Of a stretch of DNA of 64,000 nucleotides, positions 9,342 through 19,487 are shown piece after piece. The number at the start of each line of letters is the position of its first letter. Within the stretch, counting starts at the first letter, position 1. Source of the stretch: Limnothrix sp. BL-A-16. Lineage in GTDB: Bacteria; Cyanobacteriota; Cyanobacteriia; CACIAM-69d. The stretch covers positions 1,408,001 to 1,472,000 of the forward strand of contig CP166615.1 of NCBI GenBank assembly GCA_041937175.2, in the 5' to 3' direction. Position numbers and translations under genes: made by a program. Below the pieces are notes generated by a model, which was given only the letters and a program-made list of their open reading frames with translations, was not told the DNA's origin and made no database searches.

Positions 9342-9761
9342 CTACGGGGACTGGGGCGGTTGATTCAGACCGCATCGGAGTAATTCGATACGGAGTCCCT
9401 GGAACTCGGGCGGCAGAGAATTGGTTTGCTGCCATTGATTTAAGACCGCAGCATTCGATCGACCAAAGGTGGCGATCCGAGCAAAATCCTCCGGCGTGGG
9501 TAATTGGGATAAGCGCTCTTCGCCCAAGTCGCCCACTAAAATGACCCGCTCAATAACCATGGCTTTCTGTTGATGAGCTTGGTAGCGATCGCGGTAGGCT
9601 GCGGTTGTGAGTTGCCACTGATTGGGAGCACAAAAGGCACGATCGACCACGATTGCCACTCGCGCGGGGGGGAAGATCCAGGCGATCGCCCCACCCACTA
9701 AGCCAAAGCTGCCGACTCCTACTGCGATCGTTCTCAAAAATGCCCAGTCGATCGATTTCAT
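9342..9761 (-). CDS. Hypothetical membrane-anchored protein, last gene of the VWA cluster
   Basis: 139 aa, N-terminal hydrophobic helix, co-oriented with the VWA gene. Confidence 0.65.
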   Translation of the reverse strand: MKSIDWAFLRTIAVGVGSFGLVGGAIAWIFPPARVAIVVDRAFCAPNQWQLTTAAYRDRYQAHQQKAMVIERVILVGDLGEERLSQLPTPEDFARIATFGRSNAAVLNQWQQTNSLPPEFQGLRIELLRCGLNQPPQSP

Positions 9762-9841
9762 GTGACCTGTTCTTCCATTCAGCCGAGAGAGCCGACCTAT
9801 TGGTCAAGATATGACCTGATCAATCCTGATTACTGACACCA

Positions 9842-11614
9842 TTAGAGATTGGTTTCAAAGAGGCCTTTGAGAAGGTCACGAACCGTTTTTGGATCGCCCG
9901 TTTGCACACTAGATTCTCGCAGAGCGGCGATCGCTTCTAATTGGTTTTTATCCACCTCTCCATAGGCGATCGGATAAACCCGAATGCCGCTTTGAGCAAT
10001 GATGCTTTGCACGTCCGGCAAACTAAATCCCGTATTGGAATCCCCATCGCTTAAGACAATCACGTAAAAACGACCATTCGGATCGGCTTTCTTTTTCGCT
10101 ACTAATTCGTTGAGCGCCACCATTAAACCGTCGTACATGGCAGTGCCACCATCGGCGCGCAGACTCTCAATGGCTGCCAAAAACTTTTGATGTTGCAGGC
10201 GATCGAACGATGCCAAGGCCAGCCGCCGCACCACCTGATCGCTAAAGGTGACTAGCCCCACTTGGTTACCCGAATTAATTTGGGTGGTGGCGGCTTTTAG
10301 TCCCTCTTGAACCGCTTTGATGGGTTCACCATCCATAGAGCCGCTGGTATCGACCACGGTCATCAGATAGACCGTTTTACCCACATCTTTGCCCCGTTTC
10401 CATTGGGCTTGGATGGCTTTTAGAATCTTGCCCGAAGGGTTGACTGGGGGGAATTTACCGGCTTTGGTATAGTCCGTTTCTACAAAGCCTGCATCTGTGG
10501 CTAGCTTCTGCATTTCAGGCGATCGGGCAAATTCCGCAAAGGCCTTAAGGGCTGCTTTTTGGTCAGGGGTTGTCCAAGCGAAACTGACCAAGGGATTGGT
10601 GTGGGGCAAGCCGAGGGGCACAAATTTGGTTTGCTCAAACCCCGGCATTTTTTGAATGGTTTGATAGTTTTGATATTCCAGTGGAAAAGCTTGCAGGGTC
10701 GATTTATCCCGCAAGAAAATATCTTGAAGTTCCGGTGAAGTATTGGTGGCAATCAGCACTTGTTTTTGGAACTGCTCAAAGACCGAAGCCACCTGTTGGG
10801 ATTGGATATCTTGTTCGGTTAGCAATCCCCCCGCTTGATCGCGACCCGCTGCTCGCCAAAACAGCGCATACATCAAGTTCAACGCTGTGGAACTGCGGTA
10901 AGGATTGGGATAGCCGATCGTGATTTTGCCAGCCGCGATCGCATTCAAAATGCGATCGAACGTAACCGGGCCAGCAGCCGCTAATTGTTGATAAACCTCA
11001 CCGCGCAACACAAAACCGATCGAGTTGGGCAAGAGGCGATCGGCCACAGGCTCAAACGCCACGCCGCTCTCTTGGAGCAGTGCTAACCACAGATTGTTAG
11101 AAGGCGAATAGGCCGCTGGTTTGGCTTGGCCCGCTGCCAGCAAGCGCATTCCCGCCCCAGAGTCAATGCGGCGCACCCCCAAGCGCACGGGCTTGCCCCC
11201 GATCGCCACATTTTTTTGATTGAATGCTTCCGCCACATCCACAAGCCAACGGCTATCGGTGCGTTCCGCATTGGACTTTTCAGTGGAGCCAAAAATCTCC
11301 ACATAAATTTCGGAGTTGCCCGTGGGTTTGGCTGCAAAAACTGGAAAATCCGCCAAATCCGGCAGCGGGTCAGCAATGCCTTCGATCGAGTAACGAGCTG
11401 CCGCTGCGTCGCTCACCAATTCATCCTGAACGGTGATTTTAGGCATCACCTGACTGTTCAGAATATTCACCGCTTCATCAAAGCTTTTGGCTTCCGAAAT
11501 ACCACCGCCCAAACAGGCCGTTAAAACCGTGATGCAAGCACTAATTGCAAAAACGATTGCCCATACTTGTCGCTTGAATTTTCGCTTGGGTAGTCGGCGG
11601 TGTTTGAACAGCAT
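9842..11614 (-). CDS. Lipoprotein with solute-binding-protein-like domain and C-terminal VWA domain
   Basis: Signal with lipobox LTAC; MIDAS DTSGSM, GGTAMYD, LSDG motifs. Confidence 0.85.
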   Translation of the reverse strand: MLFKHRRLPKRKFKRQVWAIVFAISACITVLTACLGGGISEAKSFDEAVNILNSQVMPKITVQDELVSDAAAARYSIEGIADPLPDLADFPVFAAKPTGNSEIYVEIFGSTEKSNAERTDSRWLVDVAEAFNQKNVAIGGKPVRLGVRRIDSGAGMRLLAAGQAKPAAYSPSNNLWLALLQESGVAFEPVADRLLPNSIGFVLRGEVYQQLAAAGPVTFDRILNAIAAGKITIGYPNPYRSSTALNLMYALFWRAAGRDQAGGLLTEQDIQSQQVASVFEQFQKQVLIATNTSPELQDIFLRDKSTLQAFPLEYQNYQTIQKMPGFEQTKFVPLGLPHTNPLVSFAWTTPDQKAALKAFAEFARSPEMQKLATDAGFVETDYTKAGKFPPVNPSGKILKAIQAQWKRGKDVGKTVYLMTVVDTSGSMDGEPIKAVQEGLKAATTQINSGNQVGLVTFSDQVVRRLALASFDRLQHQKFLAAIESLRADGGTAMYDGLMVALNELVAKKKADPNGRFYVIVLSDGDSNTGFSLPDVQSIIAQSGIRVYPIAYGEVDKNQLEAIAALRESSVQTGDPKTVRDLLKGLFETNL

Positions 11615-11670
11615 CGGCTTGCCTCAACAATCCTAAAGTCGATGTCCCAATCAGTTGCAATTCATCTCAA

Positions 11671-12351
11671 TCATGAGCTGGATTGTCGTTGAAGCGCTGC
11701 TCGATTGTCCTCAACAATCAGGCTCAAGCGGGCCGGCAAGGACGATCGCCCTTCTTGGGTGACAATTTCCCCCAAGACCAGGCTATCCCGCAATTCAGTC
11801 ATGGCCGTGCAGGCTGCTTTTAAACGACCGATCGCCTCCTGTTGCTGGCTGCGTGCCCGATCGCGGTAGGCGGCCGTTTGCACCGTTTCGATCGCGGCAG
11901 TGGCTTTCATGGCCTGCTCGGCTAGCCCCAACCCCGTGACGATCGCCTCGTATAGATCCGGCACCAAGGACGAATCCCGCTGGGCGATGTCCGTCGCTGC
12001 CGCCCGCAGCGATTGCATTTCCTGCACCACCGTTGTCCAAAGGCGCTGGGCTGTGGCTGACTGACCGGCTAGAGATTCCAGGGCCACAAGTTGGTGATTT
12101 AGCCCCGCCGCATCCAGCAAGTCCTCACTGGCTTTCGGGATCGGCAGCCGCCGCACTTCCAGCACCCACCAGCCCAGCATGATCAGCGTGGCGATCGAAC
12201 CACCCAGCCACACCACCGGCCGCAACCCCAGCCACAACAACAAACCCGCCCAACCACCTGCGGTCAGGCCAAGCAACCCATAGGTCTGGGGCAGCGATCG
12301 CAAGGTAGGTTGAGACGGGTGAGGCGGTAACTGATTGGGGGCGATCGGCAT
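11671..12351 (-). CDS. Hypothetical protein with two TM helices and a coiled-coil region
   Basis: Hydrophobic pair near the N-terminus followed by helical Ala/Gln/Leu-rich region. Confidence 0.7.
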   Translation of the reverse strand: MPIAPNQLPPHPSQPTLRSLPQTYGLLGLTAGGWAGLLLWLGLRPVVWLGGSIATLIMLGWWVLEVRRLPIPKASEDLLDAAGLNHQLVALESLAGQSATAQRLWTTVVQEMQSLRAAATDIAQRDSSLVPDLYEAIVTGLGLAEQAMKATAAIETVQTAAYRDRARSQQQEAIGRLKAACTAMTELRDSLVLGEIVTQEGRSSLPARLSLIVEDNRAALQRQSSS

Positions 12352-12440
12352 AAGCAGCAAGGGGATTGCGAGGATCGCAGAACTTGCTACCCAGGCTAAC
12401 CGATCCAGATTGTGTTGGGGTTAACGGCGCGATCGCCCCG

Positions 12441-13556
12441 TTAGCCCACCGCTTCCGGGCGGCGATCGTACATCTTCTGGTAATAGGTTTGGTAATCGGC
12501 CGAGAGCAGCGGTTCCCACCAACTGCGGTTCGTGAGATACCAAGTGACGGTGCGGCGCAGGCCCTCTTCAACAGTTACTGACGGTTCCCAACCCAACTCG
12601 GTGCGGATTTTTTCGGCATTGATCGCATAGCGGCGATCGTGGCCGGGGCGATCGGTCACGAAGGTAATCAGGCTGCTGCTTGGTTGGGTGGGCAAGCTCC
12701 AGCCATGCTGCGGGGCCAGCTCATCCATCAACTCGCACAGCAACTTCACCAAGTCCAAATTCCGCACCTCGTTGTTGCCACCAATGTTGTAGGCTTCGCC
12801 CGGTTGGCCCTTGTGGATCGCCACATCGATCCCGCCGCAGTGATCTTCCACATAGAGCCAATCGCGGATGTTTTGCCCATCGCCATAGACCGGCAGCGGC
12901 TTGCCCAGCAGGATGTTGATGCACATCAGCGGGATCAGCTTTTCCGGGAAATGGTAGGGGCCGTAATTGTTGGAGCAGTTGGTGATGATCGTGGGCATTC
13001 CGTAGGTGTGGAAGTAGGCGCGGGCCAGGTGGTCGCTGCCGGCCTTGGAGGCGGAATAGGGGCTATTGGGTGCGTAGGGTGTGGTTTCGCTGAAGGCGGG
13101 ATCGTCCTCGCCCAAGGAGCCGTAGACCTCATCGGTGGAAACGTGCAAAAAGCGCCAATCGGCCGGTTTGCCCGCCGCCAGCCAATGTTGGCGGAAGGCT
13201 TCCAGCAGGGTGAACGTGCCGACCACGTTGGTTTGCACGAAGGCTCCGGGGCCGAGGATTGATCGATCGACGTGGGATTCGGCGGCGAAGTGGGCGATCG
13301 TGTCGATTTGTTCTTCGCTCAGCAGCCGATCGATCAAGGCGCGATCGGTAATATCACCCTGCACAAACCGCAGGCGATCGGCTGCTTCCAGATCGGCCAA
13401 GGTGGCCCGGTTGCCCGCGTAGGTGAGGGCATCGAGCACCACCACCCGATCGCCCGGATAGCGATCGCACCAGTGGTGCACAAAGTTGGAACCAATGAAG
13501 CCCGCACCACCCGTGATGATGATGCGGCGAGGGGAACGGGCGATCGAGTCAGTCAT
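12441..13556 (-). CDS. rfbB: dTDP-glucose 4,6-dehydratase
   Basis: [40 protein letters not shown]. Confidence 0.97.
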   Translation of the reverse strand: MTDSIARSPRRIIITGGAGFIGSNFVHHWCDRYPGDRVVVLDALTYAGNRATLADLEAADRLRFVQGDITDRALIDRLLSEEQIDTIAHFAAESHVDRSILGPGAFVQTNVVGTFTLLEAFRQHWLAAGKPADWRFLHVSTDEVYGSLGEDDPAFSETTPYAPNSPYSASKAGSDHLARAYFHTYGMPTIITNCSNNYGPYHFPEKLIPLMCINILLGKPLPVYGDGQNIRDWLYVEDHCGGIDVAIHKGQPGEAYNIGGNNEVRNLDLVKLLCELMDELAPQHGWSLPTQPSSSLITFVTDRPGHDRRYAINAEKIRTELGWEPSVTVEEGLRRTVTWYLTNRSWWEPLLSADYQTYYQKMYDRRPEAVG

Positions 13557-13628
13557 GGTGGGTGAATTCAGGTCAGGGGTCGCATGTCGAGATCAACAAA
13601 CAAAACCTACCAGACCCCAGAGCATTCC

Positions 13629-14333
13629 CTAAGCGCCGGTGCCGCGCATGGCGGGCACGTCGATTTCCTTGAGGCAGGTGGCCCGCGACAGAGACAGCAC
13701 GCAATCCAGAATGTTCAGCAAGTCTGACAAGGGAATCGCCGCCCCTCCATCAAGTTGCGCTGCTGCTAAGTCGGCCAAAACTTCCGGCGTGCCCACATTG
13801 CCGGGATTGATGATGGTGGCGGCAATTTGTTGCGATCGCAGCTCCTCACGCAGGGCATGCACCACGCCCCGCAGCCCAAACTTGGAGGCGCTGTTGGCCA
13901 CTTCGCGCCCCGGGAAGTTATCGCGGCCCGACAGCGCCCCCATCAAGACAATCTTGGGATTGGGCGATCGCCGCAGGGCCGGCAGCAAGCGCTGAATCAG
14001 CCGAATCGGCGCCAACAGATTCACCGCGATCACCCGCTCCAGATCCGCATCGCTACAGGTTTCAAAGTTGTAGCGACTGGTGAAGGCATCGGTTTCCCAA
14101 GTACCGCCCATGTATAGCAGGGCATCCAGGCGATCGGAGCCGATCGCCTCGACCACAGCAGCAACGCCCTCGGACGTGGCTAAGTCCGCCGTCACCCATT
14201 CCCCCACCGGGGCCGGCGTACGGGAAACGGCCACTAGGCGATCAGTTCGGGATTGCAAGTGCTCGGCCACAGCCAAACCGATGCCGCGACTGGCCCCCGC
14301 CACCAAAAGGGTTTGAAATGCCCGATCAGCCAT
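13629..14333 (-). CDS. Short-chain dehydrogenase/reductase
   Basis: GASRGIG Rossmann motif; NSASKFGLRG with Asn in place of the catalytic Tyr. Confidence 0.85.
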   Translation of the reverse strand: MADRAFQTLLVAGASRGIGLAVAEHLQSRTDRLVAVSRTPAPVGEWVTADLATSEGVAAVVEAIGSDRLDALLYMGGTWETDAFTSRYNFETCSDADLERVIAVNLLAPIRLIQRLLPALRRSPNPKIVLMGALSGRDNFPGREVANSASKFGLRGVVHALREELRSQQIAATIINPGNVGTPEVLADLAAAQLDGGAAIPLSDLLNILDCVLSLSRATCLKEIDVPAMRGTGA

Positions 14334-14440
14334 CAAACTACCTCCCTGCTTTGTAGACTCCGCTTCAATGGTGTCATGCCCAATCGGGCGTGAGCTGCGG
14401 TCAGCCTCACTGCTGAATGGGTGCTTTGGCTAGGACTTGG

Positions 14441-15478
14441 CTAGTTGCTGTCGCCGCGATCGAGCAGTGCTTTCAAGGCCCGTTTCATTTCATCCCGGCT
14501 GGTGGTGGCCGTGCCAATGTGACGCACCACCAGGCTGGCGGCCAGGTTGCCCAGCACCGCCGCTTCCCAAGGCGTGGCCCCCAGCACATAGCCCAAGGTC
14601 AGGGCCGCCACCACCGTGTCGCCTGCGCCGGTCACGTCAAACACCTCCGCCCGGTTGAAGGCGGGAATGTGGAAAATGTCGCCCGATCGCCCAAACAGGC
14701 TCATCCCCGACTCGCCACAGGTGATCAACACATATTCCGCGTCGGTTTTGGCCAGCAGCGTGGCCCCCGCCTTCAGCAAGCTGGCCTCGTCGGTGATGCC
14801 AAAGCCCGCTTCCCGTTCCGCTTCCGGCAGGTTGGGCGTAAACCAAGTGGCTCCCCGGTAGCGGGTCAGATCCTTTTGGGCATCCACAATCACCGGCTGG
14901 CCGGTCAGGGCCGCTTGGATCACGCCGCTGGAGCAGACCCCATCGCCATAGTCGGAGCAGACCACTGCCTGGGCCTTGGGGGCACGATCGGCCACAAACT
15001 CAGCCAGGCGATCGCAGTCGGCCGCCGTGGGGGGATCGTCGGACTTGCGATCGAACCGGACAATTTGTTGGGTCACGGACTGGCGCGAGTGGGCCGAAAT
15101 TCGGGTTTTGGTGACCGTGGGCCGCTCCTGCTCAATGAGCGCCCCCGTGGTGTCAATGCCCGCCGCCTCAAAGATTTGACGCATGGCCAGCCCCTGCACA
15201 TCGTCCCCCAAAAAGCCAGCAACCTGGACGTTTGCCCCGAGCTTCGCTAGGTTATAGACCGCATTGGCCCCGCCGCCGGGCACTTGGCGCGTTCGTTCGT
15301 GGCGGATGATCGGCACTGGTGCTTCTCGGGAGATTCGTTCCACATATCCCGTCAGAAACTCGTCCAAGGTCAGATCGCCCACCACCAACACCTGCGCTTC
15401 CCCGAAGCGATCGATCAGGGTTAAGAGCCGATCGGTCGATCGGCGCAACAACGGCATGAAGTCTGGATCAAAAGTCAT
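14441..15478 (-). CDS. PfkB-family kinase, HldE/RfaE domain I-like (heptose-7-phosphate kinase)
   Basis: GDLTLDEF, RISREAPVP, GGGANA, TPNLPE, DVTGAGDTV. Confidence 0.9.
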   Translation of the reverse strand: MTFDPDFMPLLRRSTDRLLTLIDRFGEAQVLVVGDLTLDEFLTGYVERISREAPVPIIRHERTRQVPGGGANAVYNLAKLGANVQVAGFLGDDVQGLAMRQIFEAAGIDTTGALIEQERPTVTKTRISAHSRQSVTQQIVRFDRKSDDPPTAADCDRLAEFVADRAPKAQAVVCSDYGDGVCSSGVIQAALTGQPVIVDAQKDLTRYRGATWFTPNLPEAEREAGFGITDEASLLKAGATLLAKTDAEYVLITCGESGMSLFGRSGDIFHIPAFNRAEVFDVTGAGDTVVAALTLGYVLGATPWEAAVLGNLAASLVVRHIGTATTSRDEMKRALKALLDRGDSN

Positions 15479-15709
15479 AGGGGGTAAGGTTACGATCGCA
15501 AGCATAGAATAGGCTATCAGCACATCAGGATCACTGCTGAAACCACATTCCATTCATTCAAAGACTCTGCGAGCGGTTGAGCGTGTCCGTATAGGTAATA
15601 AAAATAAAAAAGACCAATTCCTTTAACGGTTAGCCATGGTTCTTGAGTGATGAATTGCTGGTTTTCGTGAACAACCAATTCATATTTTGCCAAGGGTTGC
15701 GCAATCTAA

Positions 15710-15841
15710 GAGGATGTCTGAAAAGCCGAAATGGCTACCTTGTGGGTTGCACTAATCGACGAAGACAAGGGGCTTAAGCCCCTTGCTCCTACAGACACCA
15801 GCGCCTTTGCAAGCGGCCAAAGCCACTTCTCAGACATCCTC
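15710..15841. mobile_element. 132-bp MITE with central 20-bp palindrome
   Basis: TIRs GAGGATGTCTGAAAAG / CTTCTCAGACATCCTC (15 of 16), TAA on both flanks, internal CAAGGGGCTTAAGCCCCTTG at 15766-15785. Confidence 0.85.
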
Positions 15842-16102
15842 TAAGACAAAACTCTGATTAGATCCAAATTCTTCAAAATTCATCAACTTCAGGAAACGAG
15901 TTCTTGCGATCAAGACTTGACTGAATTGAAGCATCAATCATCATTAAATTTCTTGTGATGATTGATTGTGAATAATCAAAATCGTGCTTGTCAACTGTGC
16001 TAAATTTTGAAAATTTTGATAAGCTTTGGGTTCTGTGGCTAGCGCAATTGGCTGATTTTTTAGATCATTCAAAATGATTTCCATCTGAGGAGTATTTTAT
16101 CC

Positions 16103-16603
16103 ATGTCTTTCACCCTGATTCATCGCCTTGGTCAATCCCTCTCTGCTGGGCGATTAGTGGCCGCTTCTGCGGTGCTGTCCTTAGCTTTGGTGGGTTGCGG
16201 CGAAAGCAAAGTTGCCCAATGCAACAAGCTGATTGCCGTTGTGAACAAAGGTCAGCAGATCAGCTCCAGCATTAAGGGGATGGATGCCCCAGCGATGAAG
16301 AAACTGTCCACGGATCTGAGTGGCTTATCAACAGAAATTGGGGCTGTGGAAGTAGCCGATGAGACCCTGAAGGGTTTTCAGGGACGGTTTGTCAAAATCT
16401 ATTCAGACTTGAGCACCGCTTCGAGCAAGGTGGGCGGCGCACTGGAGGAAATGGAAAAGACGAAAAAGCCGAGTCCTGAAAGCTTGAAGCGGCTGAAGCA
16501 ACTACAGGAAGATGTGACCGGGGCTAGCAAGATGGGAGAAACGGCGGCGAAGGACGAAAGCGCCCTGGTCAAGGAAGTGAATACCTACTGTGCCGGTAAG
16601 TAG
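16103..16603 (+). CDS. Hypothetical helical lipoprotein
   Basis: GAGGAG RBS; lipobox LVGC; 166 aa. Confidence 0.8.
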   Translation: MSFTLIHRLGQSLSAGRLVAASAVLSLALVGCGESKVAQCNKLIAVVNKGQQISSSIKGMDAPAMKKLSTDLSGLSTEIGAVEVADETLKGFQGRFVKIYSDLSTASSKVGGALEEMEKTKKPSPESLKRLKQLQEDVTGASKMGETAAKDESALVKEVNTYCAGK

Positions 16604-16804
16604 TGTATTGGTTAGCGTGCAAGTCCATTGAATTTGAGATGAAAACTTGTTGGATGGTGGAGCAACGCTAGGGGATTGAGCTTGATTGTTGCCCCTTGCT
16701 AATGGATCGATCGTCCAACAAGATTCCTGTTCTGTGATTGTGCTGGCGATCGGGCGATCCTTGGAAATAGATTGCCCTTTTTAATGCTGGGTAGCTGAAT
16801 TTTG

Positions 16805-17365
16805 CTAAGTTCCATGGTCACCTTGCGCAGGATCTAACCCTTGCTGAGGCGTTGGAACTTTACCAGGGCTAAGCACCTGTTTGCCCATCCAACTCACCCG
16901 TTTGGGAACCATGATTCCATCCTCCGTGGTGCTCCCCGAGGAATAGGATTGAGCAAGCACCTGCACCACGATCCAAACTAGGCGATCGACGGGCGATCGA
17001 TTACGCAAGCAGCGTTCACCATCGGGACTAACCCGCACAAAGCTGCCTTCTTGAACTGGAAAAACCCAGTTATTGACTTGAAATTCCCCTTCCCCCGCCA
17101 AAAAGAGATAAATCTCTTCATTTTGCTGATGCTTGTGATAGAAAAGCAGCGACTCTTTGGGCGGAAGGCTATTAACAGAAATTTCTGCCCCGGTTAACCC
17201 TAATAAATCTTTCAGGAACAGTTTTCCAGGCGCTGGCAGCGATCGATCGCCCAGGTTGAGGGTGAAGGTGAACTGTTCGAGGTTGGCAAGCGGCCCCGCG
17301 TGGGTCACGGCAAAGTCTGGGCCGGTCTGGGCTGTGGGTTGGGTGCTGGATGAAGCGTGGTACAT
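16805..17365 (-). CDS. Cupin domain protein
   Basis: FYHKHQQNEEIY...GEGEF cupin motif. Confidence 0.85.
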   Translation of the reverse strand: MYHASSSTQPTAQTGPDFAVTHAGPLANLEQFTFTLNLGDRSLPAPGKLFLKDLLGLTGAEISVNSLPPKESLLFYHKHQQNEEIYLFLAGEGEFQVNNWVFPVQEGSFVRVSPDGERCLRNRSPVDRLVWIVVQVLAQSYSSGSTTEDGIMVPKRVSWMGKQVLSPGKVPTPQQGLDPAQGDHGT

Positions 17366-17372
17366 GGCGCTT

Positions 17373-17436
17373 AACTTTTAAATTGCAAGTTGCAAGTCAA
17401 AATCAAACTAACAGGGTTACTTGTAAAATGCAAGGG
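17373..17436. promoter_or_regulatory. Two ACTT-N9-AAG inverted boxes, candidate operators of the HxlR-family regulator
   Basis: AACTTTTAAATTGCAAGTT and TACTTGTAAAATGCAAGG in the divergent intergenic region. Confidence 0.45.
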
Positions 17437-17491
17437 AGAATTGAAAAAGTTGTAAATCCCTGAACGGGAATGAATTTTGGAGCCTTGTGCT

Positions 17492-17857
17492 ATGGCGGTT
17501 GACCACCGATCTCACTGCCCGATCGCCTGTACGCTGGATCTCCTGGGCGATCGGTGGACGCTGCTGGTCATTCGGGACATGCTGTTTTTTGGCAAGCAGC
17601 GCTTTGAGGAATTTTTGGAATCGCCTGAGGGAATTTCCACCAATATTTTGGCCAGCCGCCTGAAGTCCCTGGAAGCCCTGGGGCTAATTACCAAACAGCC
17701 CTACAGCAATCACACTCGCCGCATGAATTACCAACTCACGGAGGCGGGCGAAAGTCTGCGCCCTGTGCTGCGCTCGATCGCTCGCTGGGGCCTAAGGCAA
17801 TTTCCTGAGGCTCGTCTACCGGATGCTTTAGAGTCAAGTTCCGCTAATTCAGATTGA
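17492..17857 (+). CDS. HxlR/DUF24-family winged-helix regulator
   Basis: CPIACTLDLLGDRWTLLVIRD, GISTNILASRL, Y.LT..G. Confidence 0.92.
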   Translation: MAVDHRSHCPIACTLDLLGDRWTLLVIRDMLFFGKQRFEEFLESPEGISTNILASRLKSLEALGLITKQPYSNHTRRMNYQLTEAGESLRPVLRSIARWGLRQFPEARLPDALESSSANSD

Positions 17858-17942
17858 GCCTGTGGCTAATTCGCATCAGTCATAGGTGCTTTATAGTTTG
17901 AATCTGAATATTTTTGCAACACTATCAGGACTGAGAAACGCC

Positions 17943-18380
17943 ATGTCGCGCAAAGATCAATTTCACGAAGCCGTTAAGCATGGCTTAAATAAAGAGGGAT
18001 GGACGATTACACATGATCCATTTACAATTCAGATCAGCGAAACAATTAAGCTTAAAATTGATCTAGGAGCTGAGACAACGATTGCTGCCCAGCGAGATTG
18101 CGAAAAAATTGCAGTAGAGATTAAAAGCTTTATTTCAGACTCAGAGATCAGTGACTTTCATGCTGCATTAGGTCAATATTTGAACTACTTGCAAGCTCTA
18201 GAGGATAAGGAACCAGATCGCATTCTTTATCTAGCCGTTCCCAAAGACAATTATGAGGACTTCTTTCAAATCCCCTTCATTCAGAAATCTTTGAGAAAAT
18301 ATTCAGTTAATTTGATTGTTTATTGCCCGATTCAAGAGGTGATTGAGCAATGGATAAACTACAGCAATATCATCAAATAA
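17943..18380 (+). CDS. xisH: XisH-family protein
   Basis: KD.FH.AVK..L.KEGW.ITHDP, IDLGAE, IAVEIKSF, ALGQYLNY. Confidence 0.92.
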   Translation: MSRKDQFHEAVKHGLNKEGWTITHDPFTIQISETIKLKIDLGAETTIAAQRDCEKIAVEIKSFISDSEISDFHAALGQYLNYLQALEDKEPDRILYLAVPKDNYEDFFQIPFIQKSLRKYSVNLIVYCPIQEVIEQWINYSNIIK

Positions 18381-18685
18381 TTCAAGATTTGTTGATGGAA
18401 GAAGCCCATCCCTACTGTCAGTCTGATGACGTAGAGACGGTGATTATTTGCGACCCAGAACGGCATCACTACCAACTAACCTATATTGGCTGGGAAGGGA
18501 ATCAGCGAATTTTTAATTTGATTTTGCACCTAGACATTAAAGATGAAAAAATCTGGGTGCAACATAACGGTACTGAAATGGCGATCGGTCAGCGGCTGAT
18601 GGAGCAGGGTGTACCGGCTTCGGATATCGTGTTGGGTTTTCAATCACCCTTTCGCCGACAATTTAGCGGCTATGCGATCGCCTAA
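18350..18685 (+). CDS. xisI: XisI-family protein
   Basis: MDKL..Y, HYQL...GW, HLDIKD.KIWVQHNGTE, DIVLGF; overlaps xisH. Confidence 0.92.
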   Translation: MDKLQQYHQIIQDLLMEEAHPYCQSDDVETVIICDPERHHYQLTYIGWEGNQRIFNLILHLDIKDEKIWVQHNGTEMAIGQRLMEQGVPASDIVLGFQSPFRRQFSGYAIA

Positions 18686-18766
18686 TCAGTTTTCGTCGGA
18701 CAGGATCAATCCTCCAATAGGCCGTAGCCGCCGCCGGGGGGGCGATCGCCTTGTTTGCTTTTTGCA

Positions 18767-19123
18767 TCACTCAGTATCCAACCCAGATGCCTCAGTAGGG
18801 ATGATTTTGAGCGAAAATTTCATGAGATTTGGAATATCTGATTGGGTGACTTCCCAAGCTAGATTTAAGTCAACCTTGTTGTATTCATGAATGAGTTTAT
18901 CTCGCATTCCCGCGATCGCACGCCAAGGAATTGATGATTGGCTTTGGCGAAAATCAGGAGAGAGCCGCTTAGCAACTTCACCAATAACTGTAATTTCATA
19001 TAAAACTGCTAAATGTGTTCGACGATCAGCTTTAAAAGCCTCTCGATCCATACCATCAACAAAATCTAGAATGGTTTGGCAGGCATGATCAATATCTAGC
19101 AGATACGTTAAATCACGGTTCAT
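18767..19123 (-). CDS. HEPN/DUF86 (HepT-like) RNase toxin
   Basis: IGE..K, IPW..I.GMRDKLIHEY with RX4H motif. Confidence 0.9.
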   Translation of the reverse strand: MNRDLTYLLDIDHACQTILDFVDGMDREAFKADRRTHLAVLYEITVIGEVAKRLSPDFRQSQSSIPWRAIAGMRDKLIHEYNKVDLNLAWEVTQSDIPNLMKFSLKIIPTEASGLDTE

Positions 19124-19451
19124 AAATAGTACGAGCGGTTTTCAGAATTTCAGTGCGGCGTAGCCAATTAGCATCTTCCTGGACTGATTGCCGCGTGAGT
19201 AAATCTACTGATCGCCCCAATAATTCAGATAGCTCTTCTTCCATTTGCACCAATCCCAGCAGACTGATTTTGGATTGAGGAGCAAAGGTGACTAAGAAAT
19301 CCAAATCACTATCGGCACGGAAACGATCGGTCAAGACTGAGCCGAAAACCGCTAACTCGATCGCCTGCCATTTTTGACAAAATTCAGCTAGGCGATCGGG
19401 ATGAATCGCTAGGCGATCGAAAACATCAGCAGTCGGCTTTGTGATGTCCAT
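19113..19451 (-). CDS. Minimal nucleotidyltransferase (MntA-like antitoxin)
   Basis: FGS......SDLDFLV, LGRSVDL; overlaps the HEPN gene. Confidence 0.9.
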   Translation of the reverse strand: MDITKPTADVFDRLAIHPDRLAEFCQKWQAIELAVFGSVLTDRFRADSDLDFLVTFAPQSKISLLGLVQMEEELSELLGRSVDLLTRQSVQEDANWLRRTEILKTARTIYEP

Positions 19452-19487
19452 AGCTCATGTCCAAACTGACGCTGGCTACCCACTAGT

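Noticed and set aside
17943..18685. Heterocyst fdxN excision element
   Set aside because: No serine recombinase or interrupted nif/fdxN gene in the window
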